A stretch of DNA of 64,000 bases from Anaerolineae bacterium (GCA_027021705.1 JALUTT010000170.1:17616-81615), one strand, 5' to 3'. Counted from the first letter of the stretch, positions 29,701 to 38,980 are shown. The notes: generated by a model from the letters alone, not told the origin. Numbers and translations: made by a program.

Positions 29701-29946
29701 ATCCGCTGTGAGGTTTCGGACACCGGTATCGGCATCCCTTCCGAGGACCTCCCCCATCTCTTTGAGCGCTTCCGTCGCGCCAGCAATGCCCAGAAGAGAC
29801 GGGTCAAGGGGGCCGGTCTGGGGCTCTACATCAGCAAGGCCATCGTCGAGGCTCACGGGGGGGAGATCGGCGTGGAAAGCCGGCTGGGGGAGGGAACGAC
29901 CTTCTGGTTCACCCTGCCCATCGGCGGGGATGGGGAAAACCGCTAG
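26746..29946 (+). CDS. Membrane histidine kinase with three GAF and one PAS domain
   Basis: TM N-terminus, Cys-rich GAFs, VSHDLRTPL, NLLSNAVKF, DTGIG, GAGLGL. Confidence 0.93.
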   Translation: MTVQERVYAIEDLTQDLTQEKVRWLINAHWVAITTVVVVTLVAGWLQTNPQIWLTGSVAAFIAYLGNLLFAFVYRRIPERFLPRAIFAILVLDATVMTAGLHYSGGVMSPYVYLYILPILMGGVLLSSRAAWLLALLEGGQIALLTVIEQWGLWSPTSTLGGHHVGQSSPIQAAEAILAVWGMCGLTAFIYTYTANRLHRQEHHLLGANRALRARSRELEALNQVSDAIRDSLDPHEVMTRALQAALGVTGLDAGWFILGDGHEVWELPVAHGLTEQMLQAERDTPPTSDCICVRAFDTGQIQHASEMLACPRLAWDTIAGSGLRRHISVPLKAGDQVLGVLNLASSDHRREFSPEELRMLEMMGTQIGAALTNARLFQETQHRAEELERLYRVAVAASRSLDLETVLESALDEALSIPVLESRGGIFLLDEDKGVLRLTAHRGLPSDFVAGEQEVPLGECLCGLVALTKQSCITRGDDPRHTRVCPFSSWSHVSVPILSHNRLIGVLFVHVRPGCTVTAQEQRLLETLGQQIGLAVVNARLYAAEQERRRVAETLRQMAGLVSSSLALEEVLDLALLALRQIVPYATASIMLREDDAMVVTAVRGFEEPERVLGRRVSLQEGTLSADIVRYKEPILLDDVRQDPRWLPWEETAHVRAWLGVPLIVQDEVIGQLSLDGDRPGLFREKHLEALTIFAQQVANAIENARLYEEVRTKEKELAYQIDHASDPIFNLDAEGRFTLFNRAAEALSGYWREEILGRPYTDLFCPDYHDGVADLLAKTGGEGSRPYEVEILTKDGERVPVEIRLAPLYRDGQVIGAQVIARDIRERKQLEQMREDFIASVSHDLRTPLASITGFTEVLLSEAPGPLTEVQQEFLDIIAESGERLLKLVNQILDVSKLDSGRFELHPAPVDLRLMVKSLVDQIRPLATKKQIALEVEIASDLPVITADPDRMERVLANLLSNAVKFTPEGGSVRVRLMRNGEAIRCEVSDTGIGIPSEDLPHLFERFRRASNAQKRRVKGAGLGLYISKAIVEAHGGEIGVESRLGEGTTFWFTLPIGGDGENR

Positions 29947-30052
29947 GGTGAAAGCTGCCCGATAGCGACTGGGGGTGATGGTTTTCCGGCGAAGCGGTGT
30001 ATAATCCCATGCAAGGGATCCCTGCGCACCGATAGCCATTCGGATTGGACCT

Positions 30053-30631
30053 GTGGACGAAACGGACCTGATTGCGCGTGCTGTCCAGGGGGACGAGGAG
30101 GCCCTGGCGGCTCTCTACAACCGTCACGCCCCAGCCCTCTACCGGCTGGCCTACGGCCTCTTGGGAGATGCGGAGGATGCCGAGGAGGTGGTCCAGGACG
30201 CCCTCGCCTACGCCCTGCGCCGGCTGGACCACTACGATCCCACTCGATCCGCCTTCACGACCTGGCTGCACACCATCACCGTCAGTCGCTGTCGGAACAA
30301 GCGCCGTCGCCGCTGGTTGCCCAGCCTGCGGCTCGCCGACTGGCTGGAGAGGGGCCGAGACCTGCCTGACCCCGATGCCGACCTGGAGGCCGTGGTAGTG
30401 GCCGACGAGGAGGCCCGCCAAGTCTGGGAAGCGGTGCAGCAACTCAGCCCCGTCGTGCGGGAAGTGGTCGTCCTCCGCTACTGGGGCGGTCACACCATCC
30501 CGGAGATCGCCCGCATCGTCGGCTGCCCGCCGGCCACCGCCCAATCCCGGCTGCGGCTGGCTCACGAGCAACTGCGCCGCCACCTGCACCCCCTTTCGAC
30601 CTCTTGGAGCCCAGCGGAGGAGGCGGGATGA
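30053..30631 (+). CDS. ECF sigma factor
   Basis: DAEEVVQD, FTTWLHTI, region 4 EIARIVGCPPATAQSRLRLA. Confidence 0.93.
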   Translation: MDETDLIARAVQGDEEALAALYNRHAPALYRLAYGLLGDAEDAEEVVQDALAYALRRLDHYDPTRSAFTTWLHTITVSRCRNKRRRRWLPSLRLADWLERGRDLPDPDADLEAVVVADEEARQVWEAVQQLSPVVREVVVLRYWGGHTIPEIARIVGCPPATAQSRLRLAHEQLRRHLHPLSTSWSPAEEAG

Positions 30632-33375
30632 AGAAGCACCTCACGGCCCAGCAACTCAGTGACCTGGCGGAGGGATTGGTCTCCCCTGATCACCGGGTCA
30701 CCCTGGAGGCCCACCTGGCTTCCTGCTCCCACTGTCGGGAGGCCCTGGCCGCCCACCAGGCCCTGGTCGAGCAGCTGCGCCGGGGGCTTCCCGCCTATCT
30801 GGAGCGGACTCCCTTGCCTCCCACCCTGCGCTGGGACACGGTGCGCCATCAGCTCCTGAAAGCTGCCTCCCCCAGGTTCGAACTTCAGAGGAGGATCGTG
30901 ATGTGGAGACGAATGCGCGCGGCTGTCGGTAGCCTCGTTGCCTTAACCTTGTTGCTGGGGATGATCCTCGTCCTGAGCGCCATCTTCCGCCCGATGAGCA
31001 CCACCCTCGCACCCGGCGAGGAGGGCGCCCCTCCAGGAGCGGTGCTCGAAATGAGCGGCGTCCTGCCCTCTAGTGCGGGGCTCTTCGGTCCTCGATCCGT
31101 CACCTTCACAGTGCGGGCTGCACTGCCGACGGTGCCCGAGAGCGTCCCCCTCTACCGGATGGAGCCCGTCCTGCGGGAGATCACCCCCGACGTACTCCGC
31201 CTCTGGGCCGGTCGCCTGGGGATGGGACCGGTGCAGATCTACCGGGGCGATCTCCCAATGGCCGGGCCCAACAGCCTCACCGGCTTCGACGAAAGGTGGA
31301 GATCCCTCACCCTGGGCGCTGAGGGGACCTTGGTCTTCCAGCGACGCGGTTTCCGGTCGAGTGAGATGACGGGGCTGGCGACTCCTCCCCAAGAAGGGGT
31401 GGAAGAGTCCGAAGCCAGGAGGGTGGCGACCGCCTTCATCACGCCGTTGATCCCCTACTTGGTCACCGTGGAGGGGACGGACTCTCCCCCGTCCGTGGGC
31501 TTCTCCCTCACCCCGCGGGAGGATCTCTCTCCCGCCGACACAGGCGTGTGGGCCTATCAGGTCGAGATCACCTTGGATGGCGTCCCCTTCGCCTCTGAAG
31601 CCCCCGGAAACATCGTGCTGGTGGGGGCGGATGGCGAGGTGATCACCGCCTTCCTCACCCCGGTTCGCCTCACCCCGGCCGGCAAGCAGGTCGCCCTGCG
31701 GCCCATCGAGGAGACGCTGCAGGCTTTCCTGCAGGGCGATGCCTCACTGCTGGATGGCAGTAGTTGGCGCGAGAAGCTTCCCTCCGACGCCATGCCTCGT
31801 TTCTTCCAACGCCCCCTCTCCTTCCAAGAGGGAGAGAGGGTCGCCGTGAGCGGATGGGTCCAGCGGCTCTCAGGGGTGGAGGGTGCGCCAGACCTGGTGT
31901 TGCTCCACACTGTCACCAATGGGGGGACTTTCGTCCTGGAGGGAGGGGATCCAGCGCTTTCGTCGGAGAGCGGTCCGGTCCGGGTGGAGGGGACGGTGAG
32001 CCGTACCGACGTCCCTGACGTGTGGCGACTCCGGGTGGAGCGGGTGATGCCGATGGCACCCGAGGAGAAGGGCAGTTGGGATGGGGTGGTGGAGCGGCGG
32101 GAAGACGGCCTCTGGTTGAAGACCTTGGAGGGGCAGCAGTTCCGCCTGCCCGATCCACCGGAAGGGCTGCCCGACGGTGCCCGGGTGTCGGTGATGGGGA
32201 TGCCGGCCCTGGATGACCCCCAGCGTCTGGAGTGGAGCCTCATTGTCCTCCTGCCCGAGGCGGAACTTCCGCCAAGGCGGGCGGTGCAGGTGGAAGCGCC
32301 CCCTCCCCCGCCTCCGCCGTCCCTGCCCACGCCGGCCCCCCTTCCGACGGCCATGGCTACGGAGACCCTCGAAGGGCCGGTGGTCAGCGCTCCTGTCTCC
32401 CCCACCGCGCCGCTGGCGCCATCGCCGGTGGCAGTCCAATCCAGCGAGGTCGTCGTCGTGCCGGTGGTTCCCCTGGCCCCCGGAGCCCCCTCTCCGGAGC
32501 CTCCCCCGTGGTGGGAGCACCAGCCGGGCGACGTGGTGACAGTGGTGGGGCTCCTATCTGTGAACGGCTTTCGCGAACCCGACGGTACCATCCAGGCCTG
32601 GGCCAACCTGACCATCGAAGGTCCCACGGAGGATGTTCCGAACTTCTTCCTGCCCCTGGCGGGCGAGGACCTGGAGGCCCTAGCCCCTTGGGATGGGCTA
32701 CACGTGCGGGTGCGGGGACAAATCCTCACCGAGGAGGAGGCCACGGAGAAGTTGGGCGAGCCCATCCCCGGCTCCGCTGGTCAAGTCCTCTGGATCGAGG
32801 AGGCCGAGCCGGCGTGGCCGGAGGAGACGAAGGACGTCTACACCGGCCCGCTGCGCATCGAGGAGGTGGAGGGCCGAGAGGTGGCCCTGCTGGAGGACAC
32901 GCTCACTGGCCAGACCTTTGCCCTGGCCGGCGGGGAAGGCGACTTGGACCTCTACCGCCGCTACGCAGGGCTGGAGGAGCCCATCGCCATCATCGGCATC
33001 CGGGTCCCTCAAGAGCAGGTAGGAGGCTACCCGGTCCTGCGGATGGCGCGGCTGGGCACCGGCGAGGGGGCGGTGGAGGACCTGCGGCGGCGGTTGACCG
33101 ATCCATTCGGTCCACCCATACCGGCGCCGTCCGGCCCCACCGAGGTGATCATCGAAGAAGTGAAGCTGGCCTACATAGTGCAGAGATTTCATCCAGATCC
33201 CTCCAGGGAAGGGGAACCGGTGGCCTTGCTCACCAAGCCCTTCTACCTCCTCATTGGCCGCTCCCCTGATGGACGGTATCGGGTGACGGTCCGGCTGCGG
33301 GCGACGGAGGAGGCCATTCCTTCGGAAACGCCATCGGTCTTCTTCCTGACGCCCACCACGGTCCCTGGGCCGTAG
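30628..33375 (+). CDS. zf-HC2 (ZAS) anti-sigma factor with large extracytoplasmic region
   Basis: ATGA overlap with sigma gene; HLASCSHC (HxxxCxxC), single TM, about 800 aa C-terminal region with a Pro-rich linker. Confidence 0.82.
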   Translation: MKKHLTAQQLSDLAEGLVSPDHRVTLEAHLASCSHCREALAAHQALVEQLRRGLPAYLERTPLPPTLRWDTVRHQLLKAASPRFELQRRIVMWRRMRAAVGSLVALTLLLGMILVLSAIFRPMSTTLAPGEEGAPPGAVLEMSGVLPSSAGLFGPRSVTFTVRAALPTVPESVPLYRMEPVLREITPDVLRLWAGRLGMGPVQIYRGDLPMAGPNSLTGFDERWRSLTLGAEGTLVFQRRGFRSSEMTGLATPPQEGVEESEARRVATAFITPLIPYLVTVEGTDSPPSVGFSLTPREDLSPADTGVWAYQVEITLDGVPFASEAPGNIVLVGADGEVITAFLTPVRLTPAGKQVALRPIEETLQAFLQGDASLLDGSSWREKLPSDAMPRFFQRPLSFQEGERVAVSGWVQRLSGVEGAPDLVLLHTVTNGGTFVLEGGDPALSSESGPVRVEGTVSRTDVPDVWRLRVERVMPMAPEEKGSWDGVVERREDGLWLKTLEGQQFRLPDPPEGLPDGARVSVMGMPALDDPQRLEWSLIVLLPEAELPPRRAVQVEAPPPPPPPSLPTPAPLPTAMATETLEGPVVSAPVSPTAPLAPSPVAVQSSEVVVVPVVPLAPGAPSPEPPPWWEHQPGDVVTVVGLLSVNGFREPDGTIQAWANLTIEGPTEDVPNFFLPLAGEDLEALAPWDGLHVRVRGQILTEEEATEKLGEPIPGSAGQVLWIEEAEPAWPEETKDVYTGPLRIEEVEGREVALLEDTLTGQTFALAGGEGDLDLYRRYAGLEEPIAIIGIRVPQEQVGGYPVLRMARLGTGEGAVEDLRRRLTDPFGPPIPAPSGPTEVIIEEVKLAYIVQRFHPDPSREGEPVALLTKPFYLLIGRSPDGRYRVTVRLRATEEAIPSETPSVFFLTPTTVPGP

Positions 33376-33439
33376 CGTGCGGTAGTAGGAGGGCCTTCCC
33401 AGCCGCTGGCGGCCGAGGAAAGCCACCCTACCTCATTAG

Positions 33440-33551
33440 TAACTGTTCACCCTCCCGCAGGTTAGGCGCGTTTTCGACGCGAAACCGTGCTTCCAATAGC
33501 CCATCGGGGCTGAAAGCGCCCTCGACCGGTGACCTGCGGGAGGGTGGGCTG
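33440..33551. repeat. REPIN/MITE-like element copy 3
   Basis: CACCCTCCCGCAGGT (33448) ... ACCTGCGGGAGGGTG (33546); same spacer family as copies 1-2. Confidence 0.9.
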
Positions 33552-33849
33552 GACAGCAGCCCGTTTTTAAAACGGACTGCTGTCAGGGGATTGAACGGAG
33601 AGGAGTGCTCCCGTAGAGGGCGATCCAGCCGGTCCGAATCCCCTTGGTCAGAATCCCCTTGATGGAGTACCAGTCCCTCCCCCCGGTGATGACCCATATC
33701 TTTGGAGATAGGGAGACGAGCCGTCCACGAATGGGGCACGAGTACACGAATTAAGGACCACCTCATTCGTGCATTTGTGAGAAATTCGTGGACGGCCTGC
33801 TACGGACCACCCTCTCGCTCGCTTGGGGGTAATCACCGGCCTCCCCGAC

Positions 33850-33878
33850 TTGACAAAATCGCCCTTTTCGGCTATAGT
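33850..33878 (+). promoter_or_regulatory. Sigma70 promoter
   Basis: TTGACA-17 bp-TATAGT. Confidence 0.75.
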
Positions 33879-34169
33879 TCCGGCGCTTCGGGCTGTCCTC
33901 TGTCTACTTCCTCAAGAGCGAGTCGAGCTGTCGAATCCTTCTTTGCTGCACTACTTCCACCGGATAGGCCCTCCGGCTGGTCAGGTAGGTTGCGGAATTC
34001 CCCTGAGGAGAGAAAAGGCGCGCAAGGGTCTCTTCTGCCATCGCGTGCTGGAGGTGTCCGGTGGCTAGAGGGTAGCCCTGGCTAGACCGACAGGCTACAC
34101 CCACCATAAGCTTGTCCGGGGGCGTGAGCTCACTCCTGCCGGACAGGTCCAATCTCAGGAGGTGCGCCT

Positions 34170-34679
34170 TTGGTCAGAGCGTTAACAAACAAAAGGATGG
34201 GACTGGTGCTTCTGGTGCTGGCCTTGTGGGCAGCGGCCGGCTGTGCCCAAGTGGAGGTGGTGGAGCGCTCCTCTTCCTCGCAGGGTGCCAACGGCCTCTT
34301 AAACCAGTCGGTGGTGCTGCACAACTTGGCCGTCCAATCCATTGCTTTTGAGCCTCCCCTGGATGAGATCGGCCAGGCGGCCTTGCGCCATGGTGTGGAC
34401 TTACAGGTCCGCATCATCAACACGGGCCTGACCCAGGAGCGCGATGTGCGGGTAGAGGTCCAGCTCAGCCTGGCCAGCGGCGAATCATTGGGGAGTCAGG
34501 AGGCACCCATCGAGCTCCTCAAGCCGGGCCAATCCCGGACGGTCCGCTTCCGGGTCAACGGGATCCTGCCCCAATACCCCCACTACGTCCTCACCGTCCG
34601 GGTTGCCCCCTCGCCAGGCGAGCAATTCACACAAGACAATGAAAAGGTCTACGACCTCTACGTGGAGACGAAGCCCTAG
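34170..34679 (+). CDS. Lipoprotein with CARDB/Ig-like domain
   Basis: AGGAGG RBS, lipobox AAGC, NLAVQSI...VRIINTG...LKPGQS...E...DN. Confidence 0.75.
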   Translation: MVRALTNKRMGLVLLVLALWAAAGCAQVEVVERSSSSQGANGLLNQSVVLHNLAVQSIAFEPPLDEIGQAALRHGVDLQVRIINTGLTQERDVRVEVQLSLASGESLGSQEAPIELLKPGQSRTVRFRVNGILPQYPHYVLTVRVAPSPGEQFTQDNEKVYDLYVETKP

Positions 34680-34711
34680 CGCCGCTGCACCAAACCGGTC
34701 TGGACGTTTCA

Positions 34712-34746
34712 GAAAAGACCGCCTCAGGCATTGCCTGAGGCGGCTA
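34712..34746. terminator. Hairpin between convergent genes
   Basis: ccgcctcaggca-t-tgcctgaggcgg preceded by gaaaag (U-tract on minus strand). Confidence 0.6.
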
Positions 34747-34853
34747 TTGTCCTTCCTGCGTCCAGCCTCATCTCTTCCCAGAGTTCGAGGCCTTCGCGAT
34801 GAAAGCCTCCTTTGGCACTTTTCCTCATCCTCTACACGTTCTGGCAACCCCCT

Positions 34854-35084
34854 CTAACGGCGGGGCGAGCAGGTGGCACAGGCGGCCGATGGTGTGCAAC
34901 CGCCACATCCGCCGCTGCCGGCGACCGCCCGTCCCTCGGCGTGGGCGGCAAAGAGGGAGATCATTCGATGAGTCTCCCGGGAGCCGCAGGACGGGCAGGG
35001 AAGCGGTGCATCGGCCTGAGACTTGGGGCGTAAGGTCTCGAAACGGGTCCGGCAATTCTCACAGAAGTACTCATAGATTGGCAT
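34854..35084 (-). CDS. FmdB family zinc-ribbon protein
   Basis: MPIYEYFCENC...CPSCGS; Cys-rich tail. Confidence 0.9.
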   Translation of the reverse strand: MPIYEYFCENCRTRFETLRPKSQADAPLPCPSCGSRETHRMISLFAAHAEGRAVAGSGGCGGCTPSAACATCSPRR

Positions 35085-35158
35085 CTTCCTCCCTCCTGAG
35101 AAACCACCCGGCAGGCCGGCAGGGCCAGCCTCCGCGCCAGCCGGTGGACTCAGTGTGC

Positions 35159-36337
35159 TCAGATCAATCCCATCTCTCTTCCAACCCTCTCGAAAACGTC
35201 CAGCACGAAGTCCAACTGTTCGTCGGTATGGGTCGCCATGTAGCTGGTGCGCAGGAGGGATTTGTTGGGGGGGACGCCCGGCGGGATGACGGCGTTGACG
35301 TAGACCCCTTCCTCGTAGAGGCGCTTCCAGGTCATCAGGGTGCGCATATCGTCGCCGATGATGATGGGGATGATGGGCGTCTGGCTTTCGCCCACGTTGT
35401 AACCCATCGCCCGGTAAGCCTGGCGCATCCGGTCGCCGATGGCGTTGACCCGCTCGATTCGCTCCGGCTCTTCCTGCATCACCTCCAGGGCGGCCAGCAC
35501 AGCGGCCACATTGGAGGGAGGCATGCTGGCGCTGAAGATGAGGGAGCGGGCGTGGTGTTGGATGTAGTGGATCACCGCTTCATCCCCGGCGATGAAGCCG
35601 CCCAGCGAGGCGAAAGACTTGCTGAAGGTGCCCATGATCAGGTCCACATCCTCGGTGACACCAAAGTGAGCCGCCGTGCCACGCCCACCTCCCAGCACCC
35701 CGATGGAGTGGGCATCGTCCACCATCAGCCGGGCGTTGTACTTCTTGCCCAGGGCGATGATCTCCGGCAAGGGGGCCAGATCCCCTCCCATGCTGTAGAC
35801 CCCGTCCACGACGATCAGCTTGCCCGCCTCGTGGGGCAGGGAGGAGAGCACCCGTTCCAGATCCGCCATATCGTTGTGGCGGAAGCGCTTCATCGTCCCC
35901 ATCGCCAGCCGACAGCCGTCAATGATGCTGGCATGGTCTTCCTTATCGGTGATCACGTACTCGCCCTTGCCCACCAGGGCGGAGATAGTGCCCAGGTTGA
36001 CCTGGAAGCCGGTGCTGAAGACCAGGGCGGCCTCCTTGTTTACGTACTCGGCCAGGCGGCGCTCCAGCTCCCGATGCATCTCCAGCGTACCGTTGAGGAA
36101 GCGAGAGCCGGTGCAACTGGTCCCAAATTGCTCCACCGCTCGAATGGCCGCCTGACGGACCTTGGGGTGGGTGGTCAACCCCAGGTAGTTGTTGGAACCG
36201 ATCATCACCAGGCGGTGATCTCCATCGTAGACCACCGTTCCCTCGCTCTCGGAGAAGGGGATGAAGTAGGGGTAGAGGCCGGCCGCTTGGGCCATTCGGG
36301 CCTCGGTGAACTGATGGCATTTGTCGAACAGGTCCAT
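35159..36337 (-). CDS. PLP-dependent alpha-oxoamine synthase, serine palmitoyltransferase-like
   Basis: GLYPYF, GSNNYLGL, GSRFLNGT, STGFQVNLG, DHAS, DDAH, GTFSKS. Confidence 0.8.
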   Translation of the reverse strand: MDLFDKCHQFTEARMAQAAGLYPYFIPFSESEGTVVYDGDHRLVMIGSNNYLGLTTHPKVRQAAIRAVEQFGTSCTGSRFLNGTLEMHRELERRLAEYVNKEAALVFSTGFQVNLGTISALVGKGEYVITDKEDHASIIDGCRLAMGTMKRFRHNDMADLERVLSSLPHEAGKLIVVDGVYSMGGDLAPLPEIIALGKKYNARLMVDDAHSIGVLGGGRGTAAHFGVTEDVDLIMGTFSKSFASLGGFIAGDEAVIHYIQHHARSLIFSASMPPSNVAAVLAALEVMQEEPERIERVNAIGDRMRQAYRAMGYNVGESQTPIIPIIIGDDMRTLMTWKRLYEEGVYVNAVIPPGVPPNKSLLRTSYMATHTDEQLDFVLDVFERVGREMGLI

Positions 36338-36649
36338 CGGGAGCTCCCTCCTTACACTGGTCGCCGGTGGCAGATAACCCGACCGGTGCGCCCTGGGGAC
36401 GCCCTGCTATCCGACCAGGGATTGTACTGAGGTTTTGACGTTTGTCAAGGTGGGGAGCAACGCGGTAGCGGAGTGGTGAGGCGGCGGGGCGATGAGGCAA
36501 CGGGGCAGTGAACCGGTGGGGGAGGAGGAAATGAGGCAACGAGGGATGAGGAAAGAGGTAAGGCGGCTTTCCCTAGCTGCCCGAAACTTGGGGGGGATCG
36601 CCGGAGAGAACAACGAGGCGACGAGGGATGAGGCGATTAGGGGAGAGCG

Positions 36650-37645
36650 ATGGAGCAACAAGCGATGAAGGTGTCGGCGGGGCGTGGGGAACCGGGGGAT
36701 TCCCGGGAGCCCGGTGCGGAGGCCGCCATTGTCCTGGAAGGGCTGCGCAAAGTCTACGGGCGCAAGGTGGCCGTCAGCCGCCTCACGCTCCGGGTGGAGC
36801 GGGGGGAGGTCTTCGGCTTTCTGGGGCCGAATGGAGCTGGGAAGACGACGGCGATCAAGATGATGCTGGGGCTGGTGCACCCCACGGCCGGTCGGGGCTG
36901 GCTGCTGGGCCGGCCCCTGGGCGACTGGCGGGTCCGGGAGCGGATCGGCTTCCTGCCTGAGGACTTCCGCTTTCACCCGTGGTTACGGGCTGCCGAGTTC
37001 CTCGACGTCCACGGTCAGCTCTACGGCATGCCGGCCCAGGAGCGGCGACGGCGTATCCCGGAGCTGCTGGAACTGGTCGGGCTGGCCGACGAAGCCCGCA
37101 CCCGTCTGGCCCACTTCTCCAAGGGTATGTTGCAGCGGATCGGCCTGGCCCAGGCCTTGCTCAACCGCCCCGATCTGGTCTTCCTCGACGAGCCGACCTC
37201 AGGGTTAGACCCCCTGGGGCGGCTGTTGGTGCGCGACGTGATCCGCCATCTGCGTGAAGAGGGGACCACCGTCTTCCTCAACTCCCACCTCCTGAGCGAG
37301 GTCGAGGTGACCTGCGATCGAGTGGGCTTCATCAAGGCGGGAGAACTGGTCCGCGTCGCCGACCTGCGCCGTCTGGTGGAGGGCGAGACCGAAGTGGAGC
37401 TGCGGGTTGGCGAGGGGGAGGCGACACCCGCCCTCCTGGAGGGGCTGCGCCGCCTGGGGGCCTGGAAGGTCCAGGCTCACGACCGCCGGGTGACGATGAC
37501 GGTGGACCGGGAGGAGAAGTTGCCGGAGATCGCCCGCTGGGTCCTCAGCCAGGGCGTCCACCTCTACGCTCTGACACCTCGCCGCCTCTCACTGGAAGAC
37601 CTCTTCGTCCGCATCGTCCAGGATCAACAGGAGGGAGCGCGATGA
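36650..37645 (+). CDS. ABC transporter ATP-binding protein
   Basis: GPNGAGKT, FSKGMLQR, LDEPTSGLDP, NSH. Confidence 0.95.
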   Translation: MEQQAMKVSAGRGEPGDSREPGAEAAIVLEGLRKVYGRKVAVSRLTLRVERGEVFGFLGPNGAGKTTAIKMMLGLVHPTAGRGWLLGRPLGDWRVRERIGFLPEDFRFHPWLRAAEFLDVHGQLYGMPAQERRRRIPELLELVGLADEARTRLAHFSKGMLQRIGLAQALLNRPDLVFLDEPTSGLDPLGRLLVRDVIRHLREEGTTVFLNSHLLSEVEVTCDRVGFIKAGELVRVADLRRLVEGETEVELRVGEGEATPALLEGLRRLGAWKVQAHDRRVTMTVDREEKLPEIARWVLSQGVHLYALTPRRLSLEDLFVRIVQDQQEGAR

Positions 37646-38496
37646 AGCTCTGGGGCATTGCCCGGTTCACCTTTCGGGAGGCCCGTCGTCGCCGGCTCCT
37701 CTGGGTGGGGCTGGGGCTGGGCATCCTCTTCTTGGGCCTCTTCGCCCTGGGGTTCTCGCTCATCTATCGGGAGATGCAGGCGGATATTGGACGCAGCCCG
37801 ACCGCCCAGGCGATGGTCGAGTTCGCCGTGGGCCAGTTCGAGATGGCTGCTCTCTTCGTCATCAACTTCCTCATCGTCCTGACGGCCATCCTGACAACTA
37901 TCACCGCGCTGCCGAGCGAGATCAACTCCCACACCATCTACGCCGTGGTCACCAAGCCGGTGCGCCGTTGGGAGGTGTTGCTGGGCAAGTGGCTGGGCCA
38001 CGCGATGATGCTGACCGCCTACGTGCTGTTGCTGGCCGGCGGCGTGATGCTCATCGTCTACGTCATCGCGGGCTACGTGCCCCGCCATCCCATCCGTGGC
38101 CTGGCCCTCCTGGTCCTGGAGGGATTGGTGCTGACCAGCCTGACCTTCCTCGGCGGGACACGTCTCTCCAGCTTGGTCAACGGCGTCGTCGTCTTCATGC
38201 TCTACGGTCTCGCCTTCATCGGTGGGTGGGTGGAGCAGTTTGGTAGTCTGCTGGGCAACCAGACGGCGGTGCAGCTGGGCCACCTGCCGGCCATCGTGAT
38301 GCCCAGCGAAGCTCTCTGGCGGCTGGCCTCTCACATGATGAGCCCGCCGCCTCCGTTGGGGGTGGGCTTCACGCCGGGCGGGTCCCTCTTCGCCTTTGGA
38401 CGACCACCGGCGGCCTCTACAGCCCGCTACGGGTTGATCTACGTTGTCGTCGTACTTTTCTTGGCCATCCTCTCCTTTCGCCGACGGGACCTGTGA
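37642..38496 (+). CDS. ABC-2 type permease
   Basis: TFREARRRR, TKPVRRWEVLLGK, C-terminal FRRRDL; six TM. Confidence 0.9.
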   Translation: MKLWGIARFTFREARRRRLLWVGLGLGILFLGLFALGFSLIYREMQADIGRSPTAQAMVEFAVGQFEMAALFVINFLIVLTAILTTITALPSEINSHTIYAVVTKPVRRWEVLLGKWLGHAMMLTAYVLLLAGGVMLIVYVIAGYVPRHPIRGLALLVLEGLVLTSLTFLGGTRLSSLVNGVVVFMLYGLAFIGGWVEQFGSLLGNQTAVQLGHLPAIVMPSEALWRLASHMMSPPPPLGVGFTPGGSLFAFGRPPAASTARYGLIYVVVVLFLAILSFRRRDL

Positions 38497-38763
38497 GACC
38501 AGAGCCCCGCGCCCTGGTATTTCCCCCCACGCTCCCCTTCCCATTTCCCCCAACGCACTCTCTCCGAGATCCCCACAACTTAGGATATGTTGCCATAGGG
38601 CTCAGTGCTCAAGCAAGACCCAGATTCCCGGGGTCTCCGCGCGGCGATCCTCCCTTTGGGATGCCCCCGACGAGGCGAGCACGTTGCCTCTCAGAGAGCC
38701 CTGTGTTCCGCCAGCCATAGCGTGGCCTGTGGAGAGGTGGTGAGCGGTCGGGCGGTTGGCGAA

Positions 38764-38928
38764 TGGGGTGGAAACCCACCAATCTTCCCTTGTCTCCCCT
38801 GTAGATACGATGGATATGGGGGTAGACCCCCACTGGATAATGGGTAATTCTACCCACAAAAAGTGACATCCATCACAATGCAGTGGTGACATCCCTCACT
38901 ATCCCTTGGTCCGGCTATCCTCTATACT
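38764..38928 (+). promoter_or_regulatory. Operator-rich promoter of the multiheme cluster
   Basis: 16-bp palindromes TGGGGGTAGACCCCCA (38817) and TGGGTAATTCTACCCA (38841); two GTGA-N6-TCAC boxes (38863, 38886); -10 TATACT (38923). Confidence 0.65.
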
Positions 38929-38980
38929 GGGCCTTGAGGCGCCACCCCAGGCCCGTTACCTGTAGCAGGAGGAGCGTGTT

